IMG/VR virus record: IMGVR_UViG_3300005573_000248
Location: 1 to 27,251 of that record
DNA length: 27,251 nt
Reading direction: 5' to 3' (one strand)
Origin: a virus
Lineage: Duplodnaviria > Caudoviricetes
Shown: positions 25,642 to 27,251 of the stretch, piece after piece
How positions within the stretch are numbered: position 1 is the first letter of the stretch
How the letters are laid out: the number at the start of each line of letters is the position of its first letter
Program-made: the position numbers and the translations under genes
The notes under the pieces: model-generated
What the model was told of the DNA's origin: nothing
Databases searched by the model: none
The model's input: the letters and a program-made list of their open reading frames with translations, nothing else

Positions 25642-25661
25642 ATGTATTAAATATGTCTGAT
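25642..25661 (-). promoter_or_regulatory. Putative phage late promoter, copy 6 (ATCAGAC-atatttaa-TACAT)
   Basis: About 57 nt upstream of the lysis-module ATG at 25585, downstream of a terminator. Confidence 0.72.
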
Positions 25662-25678
25662 TTATAGCCATTCATATT

Positions 25679-25718
25679 AAAAAAAAAATAACTGATATAA
25701 ATAAATATATCAGTTATT
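25679..25718 (-). terminator. Rho-independent terminator after adhesin-like gene
   Basis: Minus strand AATAACTGATATA-tttatt-TATATCAGTTATT followed by a T-run. Confidence 0.8.
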
Positions 25719-25743
25719 ATAATTGTTATTATATAATTAGTAT

Positions 25744-27072
25744 TTATTGATATGTGTATTCTGTCCAAGTTGCTGTATTAAATCCAACAACTTTGCCCCC
25801 TGAATATTGGCTAACGCTTCTTGTATATACTTTATATTCATTAGATGTTCCTTTATTATAAGTTTTAGAATCTGGAAGTCCTGGAGGTGTATATAATCCA
25901 TCAGCAATATAAGCAGATGTAGGCGCTTCAGTTGCACTCATTGATGTATCAGCATATAGATATTGTTGATATTGTGTATTATTTGCAGTATTTGAATCTC
26001 TTCCAGCGTTATAACTATATGCTATAGCATTATAGTTTAGACTTGAATTAGTTTCAACAAGTTCACTTACATTATTTATATCTGTAGAAGTAAGTTTGTA
26101 AAAATATACTATTGTAAATGAAGCTGATACAGGAGGATTAGTTACATTTAATACCACTGAGCCAGTAGAAGTTGCTCCAGCCAATGAATTAATGTCTATT
26201 AGTGAACTTAATCCATCATTTGATAAAAATACTTTAAAATAATATGTATAAGTACCAGTTGAACTTTGTGCAGGTAATTGAAGTGGTATAGATATACTAC
26301 CATTTTGAGTAATACCAGATAAACTTGCTGCATTTTTATTTGCTATATAATTATAATTATTATCAAAAGCTGGAGTACAACTTGTTAATATACAATTTGT
26401 AACCGTCAAAAGATCACCATTTGTATTTGCGCCGCCGCTTGTACTAGAATTTGTTGGGTTTAAAGTAATATTAACAGTTTGTTTAGTTGAATTAGACATT
26501 GTACAAAGAAAAGAAAATGTTAATGTTGATCTAACGGGTGATGTTGGTGTATTAGATGCCTCTATTCCAATGGAACCTGTTGCATCCCAGTTTGTTGTAA
26601 AATAAATATTTGGTAAAACAACTCCCGAACTATTAGTCATTAACAACATTGCATAAGGGAGTGTAGGCAAATTACTCATTGCTGGATGAAAACTATTTTC
26701 TGTTTTTAACCAATCTATTTCTCCTATCATAAATTGTACATTTGCCACAGATGAAGTATTAGTATATGCAGTAACTGTTCCAGGAGATGTCACTGATGGA
26801 GCTGTTGCTGTATGATTATAACCCCTAAAATCTCCTAAATTATATCCTTCATCAGTTCTACCTAAATATGATCCTCGAGGGTCTGCATATCCCATTCCTC
26901 TGGGTAATTGAAATTGCATATGATTATTTGAATCTACATATAAATATCCTGGTTTATATCTTGACCATGGATTTATTTTTGTGCTTTTGCATAATGTTCC
27001 AACATCATTAGAACCCAAACCAATTGTTTGACCTACTAAAGTTGTTGTTATGCCAGATTGAGGTATTGCCAT
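25744..27072 (-). CDS. Putative distal tail-fibre adhesin / receptor-binding protein
   Basis: N-terminal DVGTLCKSTKINPWSRYKP...YNLGDFRGYNH module, S/T/N-rich beta body; follows an S74-type fibre gene. Confidence 0.6.
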   Translation of the reverse strand: MAIPQSGITTTLVGQTIGLGSNDVGTLCKSTKINPWSRYKPGYLYVDSNNHMQFQLPRGMGYADPRGSYLGRTDEGYNLGDFRGYNHTATAPSVTSPGTVTAYTNTSSVANVQFMIGEIDWLKTENSFHPAMSNLPTLPYAMLLMTNSSGVVLPNIYFTTNWDATGSIGIEASNTPTSPVRSTLTFSFLCTMSNSTKQTVNITLNPTNSSTSGGANTNGDLLTVTNCILTSCTPAFDNNYNYIANKNAASLSGITQNGSISIPLQLPAQSSTGTYTYYFKVFLSNDGLSSLIDINSLAGATSTGSVVLNVTNPPVSASFTIVYFYKLTSTDINNVSELVETNSSLNYNAIAYSYNAGRDSNTANNTQYQQYLYADTSMSATEAPTSAYIADGLYTPPGLPDSKTYNKGTSNEYKVYTRSVSQYSGGKVVGFNTATWTEYTYQ

Positions 27073-27094
27073 AATAATTTAATTTATTTTTATT

Positions 27095-27251
27095 TTATTT
27101 ATTTTTTAATATATTTATTTCTTCTGTTAATTCTTGAATAGCAGCAACTAAATAAGGTATTATTTGAATATAATTTATACCTTTATATTTTCCATCATAC
27201 ATATTTTTAACTGTATTTGGTAATATTTTTTCTAATTCCTGCGCTATCATT
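27095..27251 (-). CDS. Tail fibre C-terminus with Peptidase_S74-type intramolecular chaperone (enters from right edge; absent from ORF track)
   Basis: ...MIAQELEKILPNTVKNMYDGKYKGINYIQIIPYLVAAIQELTEEINILKNK* contains the IAQE...Y...L..AIQEL signature. Confidence 0.88.
   Translation of the reverse strand, partial: MIAQELEKILPNTVKNMYDGKYKGINYIQIIPYLVAAIQELTEEINILKNK

Noticed and set aside
25737-25937. 66-aa overlapping ORF in the adhesin 3' end as an embedded spanin
   Set aside because: No cysteine lipobox or signal peptide; likely a chance alternative frame.
1-27251. Stop-codon reassignment as in some Bacteroidota phages
   Set aside because: All core genes are full-length under the standard code; terL ends at TGA and the tape measure gene at TAG, at plausible protein termini.

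Overview
Very AT-rich, near-complete, circularly permuted genome of a small temperate HK97-type siphovirus. The host is probably Bacteroidota: leaders are A-rich with no Shine-Dalgarno, a TAnnTTTG box precedes the integrase, and the replicase is BT4734/VirE-N-like. The minus strand carries terS-terL-portal-protease-capsid-head/tail joining-major tail-chaperone-tape measure-minor tail-tail fibre. The tail fibre N-terminus runs off the left edge and a Peptidase_S74-type C-terminus enters from the right edge, followed by an adhesin-like gene, lysis genes (GH19 endolysin) and an N4/N6 methyltransferase. The middle holds a single primase-like Rep, a short plus-strand operon (PD-(D/E)XK nuclease, RHH protein, HNH endonuclease, 105-aa sigma2-like protein), a large serine recombinase and a cos-like site. 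The most notable observations are non-coding: (1) a fixed-spacing bipartite motif ATCDGAC-N8-TACAT before six late genes, which may be read by the tiny sigma2-only protein; (2) a ~1.6 kb array downstream of rep made of two interleaved families of hairpin repeats with compensatory base changes; (3) a structured rep leader whose loop is complementary to the rep start region. All family assignments are from motif recognition by eye; no searches were run.
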